The notes: generated by a model from the letters alone, not told the origin. Positions 51,428 to 64,000 are shown, numbered from the stretch's first letter. The stretch is 64,000 bases of DNA from Octopus sinensis (GCF_006345805.1 NC_042997.1:112096001-112160000), one strand, 5' to 3'. Program-made: numbers and translations.

Positions 51428-52019
51428 CAGGACAAGCTTCTTTTCAGTTTTTGTCTGCCAAAACATCCATTCACAAACATTCAAATGACCTGAATCTATG
51501 ATCAAAGACATATATTCAGAGTGCCACTGTATGGGACTGAACCTGAACTCACATGCTCTACAAAGCAAACTTTGTAACCACAAAGCCATGTCTGCACCTT
51601 TCTGATAACCAAATACTGTTTCTGGAAAAGCATCCTTCTTCCATTTCTTCGATCTGTCCTGAAAGAATGATCAAAGTCAGAGGTTATTAGAAGCAATGGT
51701 TGTTTAGAAGCTCTCTTTAAATGTAATTCTAGATGGTTGCTTGCTAATATTCTTCAGTCAAATGGTAGAAGAAACTTTAGTTGGAATATTCTTTTAAAGA
51801 TCTTTTATAATCTGATACCACCAAAACACTTTATGTTCTCTAACAATCAAAGAAGTATCAATCAGTTTGGATACCAATCATGATGTCTAGAGTCATGGAG
51901 AATTTGCTGTCTTCTACAAACTGCCAACTTAATTCTAAGATTGAAAGCAAATTGTGCAGCTCTGAAACTCCGATCTCTTTGCTAAATATTATTGAGTCTC
52001 ATCTCTTCTTCCCGCTGTC

Positions 52020-52141
52020 TCCATATGTGTGTGTGTAAATATCTGTATGTATGTATGTATGTATGTATGTATGTATGTATGTATGTATGTATGTATGTAT
52101 GTATGTATGTATGCATGCATGTATGTATGTATGTATGTTTG

Positions 52142-52178
<37 letters not shown>

Positions 52179-52670
52179 CTCTGTCTCTCTATCTATCTAT
52201 CTACCTGTCTCTATATATATAGATACACATACACATAAACACACGCACACACACATAAATAGTGATGCAGATAAACACAAATAGGTTTGACACATACATA
52301 CATACATACATACATACATACATACATACATACATTCGTACATACATACATACATATATACATACATACATACATTCATACATACATATATACATACATA
52401 CATACATACATACATACATACATGCATGCTTGCATGCATACATGCATACATACATACATACATACATACATACATACATTCATTCATACATACATACATA
52501 CATACATACATACATACATACATTCATACATACATACATTCATACATACATACATACATGCATGCATGCATACATACATACATACATACATACATACATA
52601 CATTCATTCATACATACATACATACATACACACATACATACATACATACATACATTCATACATACATACA

Positions 52671-52705
<35 letters not shown>
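52020..52705. repeat. (TATG)n, (TCTA)n and (TACA)n microsatellites
   Basis: Directly visible. Confidence 0.95.
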
Positions 52706-52842
52706 GACATTGTGCTTTTATCCAAAATGGTGACCTCCATGTGTTCGGTTTGAATAATTAAGATTTTAAGACATTTTTTCTTAACATGAGACCAAAGGTA
52801 GCCTTAATACACAAATTAAGAAATTCTATCCTGTTCGACATT

Positions 52843-52922
<80 letters not shown>

Positions 52923-52925
52923 AGT

Positions 52926-53156
52926 GTACTTTATTTAAAAGCAGCAGAAATTCAACAAAACCTGTTACTCGGAGTTCACGTTCCCGTTCGTTGGACAGTT
53001 TTGTTAAAATTTTAACTCCGAGTAATTGAAACTCCAAGTAACAGGTTTTTGTTGAATTTCTGCTGTTTTTAAATAAAGCATGTTACTCTAACTCTACCCC
53101 TGGTATTTGAGTACTCTTTTTTCCACCTTGTTTCAACATTTATGTGTTTAATCTGG

Positions 53157-53160
<4 letters not shown>
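52926..53160. mobile_element. Penelope-type terminal fragments in inverted arrangement with a degenerate hammerhead fold (52962-52998, minus)
   Basis: Arms 52926-52976 and 53029-53081; minus strand ctgt CCAACGA ACG ggaa CGT GAA CTC c GAG TA acag. Confidence 0.55.
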
Positions 53161-53205
<45 letters not shown>

Positions 53206-53387
53206 GGAGGAGTACAATAGTTGGTTCATCAACTTTAGGACATTAAAAATGTTAACTTATTTATTTATTAAACTGATAATTATAATAACATACATACATA
53301 TAGCATATTATTGTATGCATATAAAATAAGGATACAAGTAATTATTCAAAAACATGAATGGACCCACAACCCCTATCTTTCTTGGAG

Positions 53388-53419
<32 letters not shown>

Positions 53420-53423
<4 letters not shown>

Positions 53424-53807
53424 TGTGTTGTAAGAAGCTTGCTTCTCAACCACATAGTTCTGGGTTCAGTCCTACTGCATAGCATCTTTGGCAAATGTCT
53501 TTTACTTTAGCCTTAGGCCAACCAAAGAAGTGTGAGTGGGTTTAGCAGACAGAAACTGTAAGAAGTCTGTCGTGTGTGTGTGTGTGTGTGTGCACATGCA
53601 TGTGTCTGTCTGTGTTTGTCCTTACCACTGCTTGACAACCGGTGTTGGTGTGTTCATGTCCCCGTAACTAAGCAGTTTGGCAAAAGAGATTGATAGACTA
53701 AGTACCAGGCTTAAAAAATAAAAACTACTGGGGTTGTTTCATTTGACTAAAGTTCTTTAGGGAAGTGACCCAGCATGGCCACAGTCTAATGACTGAAACA
53801 AATAATG

Positions 53808-53810
<3 letters not shown>
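53420..53810 (+). mobile_element. SINE family A
   Basis: Both halves around (TG)n. Confidence 0.85.
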
Positions 53811-53900
<90 letters not shown>

Positions 53901-53907
53901 CACATAG

Positions 53908-53977
<70 letters not shown>

Positions 53978-54247
53978 GTAAACACATATATACATATATA
54001 TGTACTTAAATATATTTACATAGAGCATGATTTCTTAATACATGATTTCTTAACTTGACAGCTGTTTCGGGAAGCTTGGAATTAAGTAATAATCATAAAG
54101 TTCATGATTTGCAAATAAAACGGGCAATAAGTCTTGAGTATGCAACTAGTAAATAGTTGCACAAAGATATTACTATAAGTCTGGCTTCCTTCCTCAAGAG
54201 AAAATTGTATTTGTGCATGTGTGTGTATGTATATATATATATGTGTG

Positions 54248-54500
54248 TGGAGGCGCGTGGCTTAGTGGTTAGGGTGTCAGCATCATGATCGTAAGATTGT
54301 GGTTTCGATTCCTGGACCGGGTGATGCGTTGTGTTCTTGAGCAAAACACTTCATTTCACGTTGCTCCAGTCCACTCAGCTGGCAAAAGTGAGTAACACTG
54401 CGATGGACTGGCATCCCATCCAGCTGGGGAACACATACGCCATTGAAACCGGGAAACCGGACCCATGAGCCTGGTTAGGCTTTAAAAGGGCACGAAAAAG
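54248..54500 (+). mobile_element. SINE family F (tRNA head, D-type core, E-type tail)
   Basis: A-box TGGCTTAGTGG, B-box GTTTCGATTCC, D core at 54335-54385, tail GGACTGGCATCCCATCCAG...GAAACCGGGAAACCGG, A-rich end. Confidence 0.85.
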
Positions 54501-55063
54501 AAAAAAAATATATATATACCACGGGCATCTTTCAGTTTCCATCTACCCAAATTACAAGGCTTATATATGTAAGTGATTATATATGTATGAAGGTATCTGT
54601 GAGTGTATCTCTGTGGGTATATGGGCATGTATATATGACTATACGTGGGGGAGGCTGTGTGTGTGTGTCTCTAGACCACCAAATATTGAAGGTTGGATCA
54701 TAAAATTCAACATGTGCAGCTTAACATGAGGAACACAATAAACAGCCAATACATCCAATATACCACTCATAGCATGCATGCAGAAGCACATTAACAGCAA
54801 GTGGAATGAAACTGCCAGTGTCTGCTAAATTCGAACAAGACAGATGGATGTGTTAGCATCGAAGTCAAAGGTTTTTTTAACTAACGGAGACAGCAATTGA
54901 ATATTACCTGAAGAAATACAACTGGATCCCATTATACAGGTAAACCGTTGCATAATCAAATACCAGTATATGTGAAGAACTATGTTGTATGGAAACAGGT
55001 GTGGTGATGAAATAATAACTGTCCAACTGTACACCTTCTTGCTGACTCTATCTTATTCAATTA

Positions 55064-55230
55064 TAGGAGTGGCTGTGTGGTAAGTAACTTGCTTACCAAC
55101 CACATGGTTCCGGGTTCAGTCCCACTGCGTGGCACCTTGGGCAAGTGTCTTCTACTATAGTGTCGGGCTGACAAAAGCCTTGTGAGTGGATTTGGTCGAC
55201 GGAAACTGAAATAAGCCCGTCGTATATATG

Positions 55231-55309
<79 letters not shown>

Positions 55310-55544
55310 ATATATTATGTGTGTGTGTGTATGATTGTGTGTCTGTGTTTGTTCCCCCAAAATCGCTTGACAACCGATGCTGGTGTATTTATGTCCCCGT
55401 AACTTAGTGGTTCGGCAAAAGAGACCGATAGACTAAGTACTAGGCTTACAAAGAATAAGTCCAGGGGTCGATTTGCTTGACTAAAGGCAGTGCTCCAGCA
55501 TGGCTGCAGTCAAATGACTGAAACAAAAAAAAAAGTAAAAGAGC

Positions 55545-55545
<1 letters not shown>
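55064..55545 (+). mobile_element. SINE family A, best-preserved full-length copy
   Basis: GGAGTGGCTGTGTGGTAAG...GGGTTCAGTCCC head, CCTTGGGCAAGTG core, central (TA)n(TG)n, 3' half ending CTGAAACAAAAA. Confidence 0.9.
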
Positions 55546-55579
<34 letters not shown>

Positions 55580-56709
55580 TGTATGTATGTATGTACATAT
55601 CTATGTGTGTGTGTGTGAGTGCGTGTGTGTGTATATATATATATATGTACGTATAAATCTATGTGTCTGTGGGGGGTTTGCCTTTGTATTTGTGTGTCTG
55701 TTCCTTCCCCACTGCATGAGAACCAGTGTTGGTTTGTTTTCATCTCCATAAACTTAGCAGTTTGGAAAAAGAGACTGATAGAATAAGTACCAGACTTCTT
55801 AAAAGAACTAAATACCGACTGTGCCCCAGCAAGGTCACAGTCCGAGAAGTGAGCAAAAAAAAGAAGCGAATTTAAGTATTTCCAATGAGAGGAATATAAC
55901 AAATATCTGTCATAGTTCTGTGATTGGTGCCATGTAAAAAGCACCAGGCAGACCCTCTGTAAAGTGGCTGGATTTAGGAAAGTCATCAAGCCATAGGGAC
56001 CATTCCGAAGCATACAATTGGAGCCTGGTACAGCTCTTCAGTTTGCCAGCTCCTGTCAAGCCATCCAACTCATGCCAGCATGGAAAACAGACATTAAATG
56101 ATGGTGATGAGGATGATGATGAATTGTGCCATTCAATAAAAGAAATCTATCAGATTATAATAAATATTCCAACACAATAACAGTTTTCTTTTGTGCGATG
56201 TTATCATCAACATTTCTTGCTTCTTTCCCTGAGATTTCATTATTTCTATATTTCTAATATCTCCACTTCAAACATACACAATTAAATTAAATCCTAGTGT
56301 AACCGAAACATTAACTTTGGTTTCGTTTTTGATTTAGTTATTAAAGAAATGACTCTCCCAAAAGAACTACTGCTTTAAGTGGTCTTTTTAAACTTTCTTT
56401 TGATGCCGCCAGTAATTAAAACTTTTTAGCTTGATTCGTGAACAAAATGTTACAGGAACCGCAGCCAGCCAACGGTAAATTATTGATTTCTCTTTGAGAC
56501 ATATTCCAAATATAGTAGACTAAGTCGTATGTGTGTTGGTAAGTAGTAGTTAGTGCAAAATTCATGTGACTAATATTGGTTTTTATTTGAAACCTAAACA
56601 GAATTAAGTTAGAAGACAACATTGATCGCTCAGACACACTTCAGGTGCCATGTTTGTAAGGAAAGGAAAAAGAAAAACCTGAAATGTTTAGTTTTTAGTA
56701 TTTTTTCTC

Positions 56710-57520
56710 TGCTGGCAAAGGCATGACTGGGTGGTTAAGAGGCTCTCTTTGCAACGGTATGGTTTTTGGTTCAATCCCACTGCAGGCATTTTCAGCTAGT
56801 GTCTTCCACTATTGTCCTGGGATGCCCAATGACTTGTGGTTGAATTTGGTTGATGGAAACTATATGGAAGCCCATCATTAATGTATCTAATTTGTACCAT
56901 CATCATCATTGTTTAACGTCTGTTTTTCATGCTGGCATAGGTTGGATGGTACGACCAGGGTCTGGGAAGCCAGGAGGCTGTATCAGGCTCCAATCTGATC
57001 TGGCAGTGTTTCTATAGCTGGATGCTCTTCTTAACGCCAACCACTCCAAGAGTGTAGTGGGTGCTTTTTTTACATGCCACCGGCACAGGGGCCAGAGGGG
57101 GCTGGCATCAACCACAATCGGATGGTGCTTTTTACGTGCTACCGGCACGGGAGCCAGTCAAGGTGGCGCTGGCATCGGCCACATTTGGATAGTGCTTTTT
57201 ATGTGCCACTGACACAGGGACCACAACTACAATTTCTATTTGATTTCGATTTTCATGTATGCGTGTGTGTAAGTGCATGTGTGAGTGTGTGTGTGTGTGA
57301 ATCTTTATGTTTGTTTTTGTCCACCCCACCACACCCCACTTGATAACCAGTGTTAGTTTGTTTACATCCTCCTAACTTGGCAGTTTGACAAAAGATGAAT
57401 AAAATAGGTGCCAGGATTAAAAACAAAATCTCGAGCTGAGTTGTTCCACTAAACCGTTCGTGGTGGTGCCCTAGCATGGCCGGAATCCAATGACCGCAAC
57501 AGGTAAAAGATAAAAAACAT
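56710..57520 (+). mobile_element. Old SINE family A with a nested minus-strand RTE tail (56895-57260)
   Basis: Same nested architecture as 4248-5040. Confidence 0.75.
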
Positions 57521-57584
57521 AAAATATAAGTGAAATGGTCACAAGTCTACAATGGTGGAAGATTTCCAAGAGCTTTTCTTTCAG

Positions 57585-57673
57585 TTGTTCTCCACATCTG
57601 CAGGGACAGCTATCTAGCTTGGCAGCCATTTCTCAACAATCTGCTTCATTCAAGGTATTTGCTGCCAGAAAAG
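57585..57673 (+). CDS. Candidate internal exon (unidentified)
   Basis: Acceptor GCTTTTCTTTCAG, donor AAG|GTAAGA; frames VLHICRDSYLAWQPFLNNLLHSRYLLPEK (phase 1 to 0) or CSPHLQGQLSSLAAISQQSASFKVFAARK (phase 2 to 1). Confidence 0.4.
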
Positions 57674-57994
57674 GTAAGAATTATAAAATCTCAAGAAGAG
57701 ATGGAGTAGTAACGTATACTAAATGGTAAAGTGAATCGTTACATCAAAGTGGCAGGTGAATGTTACTACTAGTTTAACCCCAGGCAGATTCTCCACCAGC
57801 TGGTTTTTCTGTGCAATGCTCTGCACCTTTTATATATAATATATCACTAGCAGGGGGAGCGAATCCCCCCCCCCAGCATCTGACAGGATCGTGGGAGTGG
57901 CCCAGTTTCAAGCTATTTGGCTCACATCAGCTGCACACACCTGCACAGTGGAGAGTGCTAGCTAAGATTTGCTTCTACCAGCGATATATTCTTT

Positions 57995-58440
<446 letters not shown>

Positions 58441-59183
58441 TGAGCCTTCCCTACCGCACTGGTTCAACATGGTTTGGCAGAGAAGTGCAGTTTCTCTTTT
58501 TTTTATACGCTTTCTCAGAATTACTGAAGTCAATTACATTGATACCAGTGCTTAACTGGTGCTTACTTTATCAATCCTGAAAGGATGAAAGGCAAAGCCA
58601 CCTAGGAGGAATTTAAAGCCAGTTCATAAAGATGGACAAAGTAACACTAAGTATTTTGCCTGCTTACTGCTGTAAAATATAAGGTTACATCTGAAGAAAT
58701 CAATTATTATAATAACATTGACCATAAATTATAATGGTTAATGATATTGTAATTCTGTCTTTAAAACAGCCTTCTGTTATACTTATAACAAGTTAAGAGA
58801 TATTCAAATAATGTTTGTTTAATAACATTCCCCATCTCTCACTACCCCAAACATTCTTGCAACCTCTACCTACCGCATTCCTGGTTCCTCTGACCCCATT
58901 CACTTCTACTCACTTTGAGTATCCATCCTGAGACCTCATCACCACTATTTTGATCTCCTCCCAGCTCCATCCTGATTACTTCCAACCCATCTTCTACAAC
59001 ATGAGCGGCCATTGTAGCTCCCCTACAGCAAGAAACTTGGTTCACTTTAGCCCCCTCTCTCATATTTTACCCCCCTCATCTCTGAGCATAAAAACCACTT
59101 CTCTTGGGATTTGCAGTCTTGTGAGTTGCATGGTGACCTCAGTTGTGCTGGTGCCATGAAAAGAGTACTCAGTAAATATAGTA

Positions 59184-59399
59184 CAAAAGGGTGCCGAAAA
59201 GTTCCTGGCTTTAAGGGTATTGTGAATGGCCTGGTTAGAGGCCCAACCTTCTGATTTCTTTTTCAGGGTTTAAAAAAACTGAAAGACTGCTGCAATAAGT
59301 GTGTGAGTCTGAGAGGGGAATATGTTGAATAAAATCATAATTAACTGATCCTTCCGTATTTTCTTTTGCCCAAAACCAGGAACTTTTCAGTACCCTTTA
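59184..59399 (+). mobile_element. Mariner-derived MITE
   Basis: TIRs of about 27 bp, ...GGGTGCCGAAAAGTTCCTGG / CCAGGAACTTTTCAGTACCC, TA flanks; retains the C-terminal KKLKDCCNKCVSLRGEYVE*. Confidence 0.85.
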
Positions 59400-59410
59400 T
59401 AAAGTGGTTG

Positions 59411-59585
59411 GTACAGTTCCATATTTAAGAGATGAGGAATTATGTACATTATTTACATTTGACGGATATTTGTCCTCATCTTATTTGTTGTTAATACAAT
59501 GTTTTGGCTGATATACCCTCCAGCCTTCATCAAGTGTCTTGGGGAAATTTAGAACCTGGGTTCTCGTTCCTAAAGTATTTTTCAA

Positions 59586-59641
<56 letters not shown>

Positions 59642-59887
59642 TCACTGCCTGGAATCGAACTTGGAATCTTGGAGTTAGTAGCCCATGCTCTTAATCCCTG
59701 TGCCATATGGCCGTGGGCATAATAATAATAATAATAACATCAAAAAATACCTTAGGAATGAGAACCCAGGTTCAAAATTTCCCCAAGACACCTGATGAAG
59801 GCTGGAGGGTATATCAGCCAAAATGTTGTGTTAACAACAAACAAGATGAAGACGCATATCCATCAAATGTAAATAATGTAAATAATA
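59411..59887. mobile_element. SINE family G palindromic insertion (tRNA head, (AAT)n, hammerhead-bearing body)
   Basis: Minus copy 59710 to 59414, plus body 59720-59887; flanked by direct repeat TAAAGTGGTTG (59400-59410, 59888-59898). Confidence 0.85.
59787..59832 (+). ncRNA. Minimal type I hammerhead fold (CpG-mutated copy)
   Basis: gacac CTGATGA A GGCTG gagggtatat CAGCC AAAAT GTT gtgtt; other copies in the window restore GAAAC. Confidence 0.65.
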
Positions 59888-60079
59888 TAAAGTGGTTGAT
59901 GTTAGGAAGGGCATTCAACCATAGCAGAATATTGGCCCAGTCTTATCCTGTCAGACCATTCAGCTGATGCCAGTTTGGAACACAGACTTTAAATGTTGAT
60001 GATTCATCTTCTTCATCCTAAAAGACTGATTCCATATCAATACAAACCATTCCAAAATAAAATAAATGAAAACTTCCAG

Positions 60080-60125
60080 AGTAAAATAATAGTGTGGTGT
60101 GTCTTGCAACCCAAAATATTGCATG
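60080..60125 (+). CDS. Candidate internal exon (unidentified)
   Basis: Donor ATG|GTGAGT is strong, acceptor AACTTCCAG moderate; frame SKIIVWCVLQPKILH. Confidence 0.15.
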
Positions 60126-60440
60126 GTGAGTATTCAAATGATGTGAACAAGATTAAGCTACAAGGAGTTCGAGGGTGTACAACTGAAATTTTAATGTGAT
60201 TTGTTTCTTATTGAGGTAAATTAATGAGATAAAATGAAACAATATAAAATAAATAAATAAATAAAATAAAACAATCTTCAACATTATTTAATCAATAAAT
60301 TTGACCTTTGACATTCATAATGAAGTTGGCAACCAAATGAATTTAAGAGTGTTTGGCTTTTGTATAAGGTTAGAGTCTATTAATCTACTTAGATGGTAAT
60401 CATCACCATCACCATCATTATCATCATCATCATCTTCACC

Positions 60441-60471
<31 letters not shown>

Positions 60472-60844
60472 GCAACAGCAACAGCAACAGCAAAAGCATT
60501 GTCACTCTAAACATCATTACCACCGCTGCTACAACTGCCACCACCACTGCCCCCACTGCCACCACCACCACCATCACCACCACCACCACCACCACCACCA
60601 CCGTCATCATCATCAGCAGCAGCAGTAGCTGCAACAACAACATTATCATTGTAATCATCATCACCACTGCTGCCACCACCACCACACTACAGCCACTGCC
60701 ACCACCACCACCACCACTACCACCACTTTTTTAAGCCTGATAGTTATTCTATTGGTGGCTTTTGCTGAACCGCTATGTTACAGAGACATAAACAAACCAA
60801 CACTCACACAATGGCACTCACACACACACACACATATATATATA

Positions 60845-61260
60845 TCATCATCATCGTCATCATCATCATCATCATCATCATTGTCGTTTAATGTCTGCTT
60901 TCCATGCTGGCATGAGTTGGATGATTTGACCGAGGTCTGGCAAACCAGATGGCTGCACCAGGCTTCAGTCTGATCTGGCAGAGTTTCTACAGCTGGATGC
61001 CCTTCCTAATGCCAACCACTCCGAGAGTGTAGTGGGTGCTTTTACGTCCCTCTGGCACGAGGGCTAGTCAGGCAGTACTGGCAATGGCCATGCTCAAATG
61101 TTGCTTGTTATGTGCCACCTGCACAGGAGCCAGCGGCACTGGTAACAACCTCACTTGAAAGTTTTTTCACATGTCACTGGCACAAGTGCCGGTAAGGTGA
61201 CGCTGGTAACAATCACACTAAAATGGTGCTTTTTATGTGCTACCAGCATGGAAGCCAGTA
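60845..61260 (-). mobile_element. RTE 3'-tail fragment
   Basis: (ATC)n tail, GTTTAATGTCTGCTTTCCATGCTGGCATG, subrepeats. Confidence 0.85.
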
Positions 61261-61452
61261 CTATGAGATCATGTACACACACACCTGCCCTTTTCAGTCA
61301 TTTTTTTACTGTGGCCATGCTGGAGCACTGCTTTTAGTTGAACAAATCGACCCCAGGACTTATTCTTTGTAAGCCTAGTACTTATATCGATCTCTTGCAG
61401 AACTGCTAAGTTATGAGGATGTAAATACACCGACATCGGGGACACACACACA

Positions 61453-61483
<31 letters not shown>

Positions 61484-61577
61484 GTTTAACGTCTGCTTTC
61501 CATGCTAGCATGGGTTGGACGATTTGACTGAGGTCTGGCGAACCAGATGGCTCCACCAGACTCCAATCTGATCTGGC

Positions 61578-61611
<34 letters not shown>

Positions 61612-61940
61612 GATGGGCTTCTTTCAGTTTCCGTCTACCAAATCCACTGACAAAGCTTTGGTTGACCTGAGGCTATCGTAGAAAACACTTACCCAAGTTG
61701 CCATGCAGTGGGACTGAACCTGGAACCATGTTGTTTGGAAGCAAGCGTACCACACAGCCACTCATGCACCTATAGTAGAAGACATTTGCTGAAGGTGCCA
61801 TGCAATGGGGCTGAACTTGGGACCATATGGTTCTGAAGCAAGCTTCTTACCACACAGCCACATAAATATCTTTCTTTTGAAAACTATCATTTCTATCATT
61901 TTGTAATAATCACCAAGAAATTTGAATAAAAGTTAAATTA

Positions 61941-62837
61941 CGTGGTTTGATCAATAAGTATCCGGACTGTTGCCATAGTAACGAGCTAAAGCACACAGAG
62001 TGAAGCAGCTTGGCACAGATTGACCTTGAACTCTGCTGTGTTTGTGCACTAAGTTTTAATGTACTAGCTCACTTCTGCTGTTTACAGCAGTGCTTGGAAG
62101 GAAGGTGTATAGTGTGTGATCGCCACATTGATCATGACAGAGGAAGTTGAGCAGAGGATCTGCATCAAATTTTGCCAAAAGCTTGGCAATACCTGCTCAG
62201 AGGCCTACACAAAGTTTTCAAAAAGTTTTTTTATCATTCTCAACACAATCAAGGAGATTTTGTGCAACTGAAACCCGAGTGTCTTTTTAGTCAGCTGAAA
62301 GCAATTTTGGCACAAACTTGGCTGACACGCATCTCATACCCAAATCTTCAGCAATAATGGACTGAACAGAACCAAAACTAATCTTCACCATCCTCTGATA
62401 ACTCACGGATGGTGATTCGATGATTTCCCCTCACAACTGCACACAAATCTGTGATGTTTTTCTCAGTTCTGCTGGTTGTGGGTCTCACAGAATGTTTGTC
62501 AATATCAACGTTTTTTCAGCCATCTTGGAAACGCCTGAAACACTTGTGCACTTGTGTGTGGCTCATATACTCCTCTCGACAAACGTTCTGCAACTTTGCG
62601 TCAGCCTCTGAGCAGGTATTGCCATGAAAACTTTCTCTGTCATAGTCAATGTGACAATCACACGCTACACACCTTCCTTCCAAACACTGCTATAAATAGT
62701 GGAAATGAGCTAGAACATTAAAACTTTGTGCACACGCACAGCAGAATTCAAGGTTAATCGTTGTCAAGCAGCTCCACTTTGAGTGCTTTAGCTTTGTTAC
62801 TATGGCAGCAGTCCGGATACTTATTGATCAGACTTTG
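61941..62837. mobile_element. Mariner element made of two 5' halves facing each other
   Basis: TA-flanked ends GATCAATAAGTATCCGGACTG on both sides; plus arm MTEEVEQRICIKFCQKLGNTCSEAYTK; minus arm reaches GMRCVSAKFVPKLL. Confidence 0.9.
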
Positions 62838-62970
62838 TATGATCATTGGATGTCTGCCATATTTCCTGATATTATCCATGGTGACAAAAGTACGCTCCCA
62901 AAATTATCTGCCATATGATGGCTAACGTTTTCTCTACTTTCTTGAATGCCAAGGAGAGAGAGAGAGTGAG

Positions 62971-63003
<33 letters not shown>

Positions 63004-63124
63004 GACAGAGAGAGATACAGAGACATAGAGAGAGACAGAGACAGACAGACAGACAGAGACAGAGACAGAGACAGACAGACAGAAAGACAGAAAGAGAGAG
63101 AGATAAGCTATCATATACATTTGG

Positions 63125-63435
63125 GAAGGCATGTGGCCAAGAGGTCAGGATATTTGGCTTATGGTCGTAAGGTCATGAGTTCAATGCCTGGCAACATGTG
63201 TCTTTGAGCAAGATACTTTATTTCACGTTGCTCCAGTCCACTCTGCTGGCAAAAATAGAGTTGTACCAGTAATTCATAAGGGCCAGACTTGTCACATACT
63301 GTGTCATGCTGAACCTTCCAGAGAACCACACAAGAGGTACATGTATCTGTGGAGTACTCAGCCACCTGTATGTTAATTTCATGAGTAGGCCGTTCCATTG
63401 ATTGGATCAACTAGAACCCTGGTTGTCACAACTAA
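63125..63435 (+). mobile_element. SINE family D
   Basis: Matches 11880-12200. Confidence 0.85.
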
Positions 63436-63460
63436 ATAAGAGCCAGTGATATACATACAG

Positions 63461-63521
63461 AAAATCCTGGAGGGGTATATTCTAAACTTTGGCTTTAGCA
63501 AGAATTTTAATGCACAGACTG
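63461..63521 (+). CDS. Candidate internal exon (unidentified)
   Basis: Donor CTG|GTAAGT is a perfect match, acceptor ATACATACAG moderate; frame KILEGYILNFGFSKNFNAQT (phase 0 to 1). Confidence 0.3.
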
Positions 63522-64000
63522 GTAAGTACTGTTGGCTTCCAAATATATATACCAGCTTCGAAATGACGAGCAAAAACACTCTGTTGTACCAGTCTGATGT
63601 TTAGAGGTCCTTACTTGTGTAAGTGCCAATCTAAAGAAATCAGAAATATAAAAGGAACCTCAACTGAAATATTAAAAAAAAAACTTTGAATAAACAGCCA
63701 ACCATTCAAGGAAGCACTCAAGGAAGATCAGCTACTATTAATTCAATCACAGACAACTTCCAGCCATAAAGTGATGATAAAACTGATAGTAAATTGAGGC
63801 AGTGCTCAAGCATTGCTGCAGTCCCACAATTGAAACCATAATACTTTTGTGTCTTTCTCCGTCACAACATATGAATGAGAAGGGAAGGGGTGATAGATGA
63901 ATAAGGAAGGAAGGGGTGGTGGCAAACTTGGTAGTGGGATGATGGAAGTTGTGCGGTAAAAAAAACCAATCAAACTGGGAAAAAGCGATGAAGTGAGCTT

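Noticed and set aside
54780-55040. Protein-like frames (TAIEYYLKKYNWIPLY; GNIQLLSPLVKKTFDFDANT) in a unique segment
   Set aside because: Conflicting frames on both strands with stops and poor acceptors; possibly a very old LINE remnant, not assignable.
63615-63663. Minus-strand candidate exon EVPFIFLISLDWHLH (strong acceptor and GTAAGG donor); similar minus candidates at 51619-51660, 46284-46309 and 12734-12792
   Set aside because: Signals are good, but such pairs arise by chance in AT-rich DNA and no homology was recognised. They remain the alternative if the plus-strand model fails.

Overview
AT-rich, microsatellite-saturated animal DNA. The repeat inventory points to a coleoid cephalopod, probably Octopus (inference from memory of the repeat families, no search run). 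No protein-coding host gene could be identified with confidence; almost all ORFs in the supplied track are translations of simple repeats. The window is a nested transposon landscape: five 5'-truncated RTE-clade LINE copies (the longer ones with a C4HC3 PHD-type finger inside the RT region) plus many RTE 3'-tail fragments; at least five tRNA-headed SINE families; an older RTE/BovB-like 3' end; a HERO-type restriction-like endonuclease remnant; a Penelope GIY-YIG remnant; mariner, maT (DD37D), hAT and Helitron-type non-autonomous elements; a decayed 5S rRNA copy; and many local inverted repeats. The most interesting signal is a set of minimal type I hammerhead-ribozyme folds of the Penelope type. 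One sits in a tRNA-headed element that inserted as a palindrome with an 11-13 bp target-site duplication, suggesting a Pol III-driven, ribozyme-bearing SINE parasitising Penelope machinery. All copies here carry inactivating-looking substitutions, so activity is inferred only for the reconstructed consensus. A few short unique segments have good splice signals and may be exons of a large-intron host gene (low confidence). SINE family letters A-G are my own working labels.
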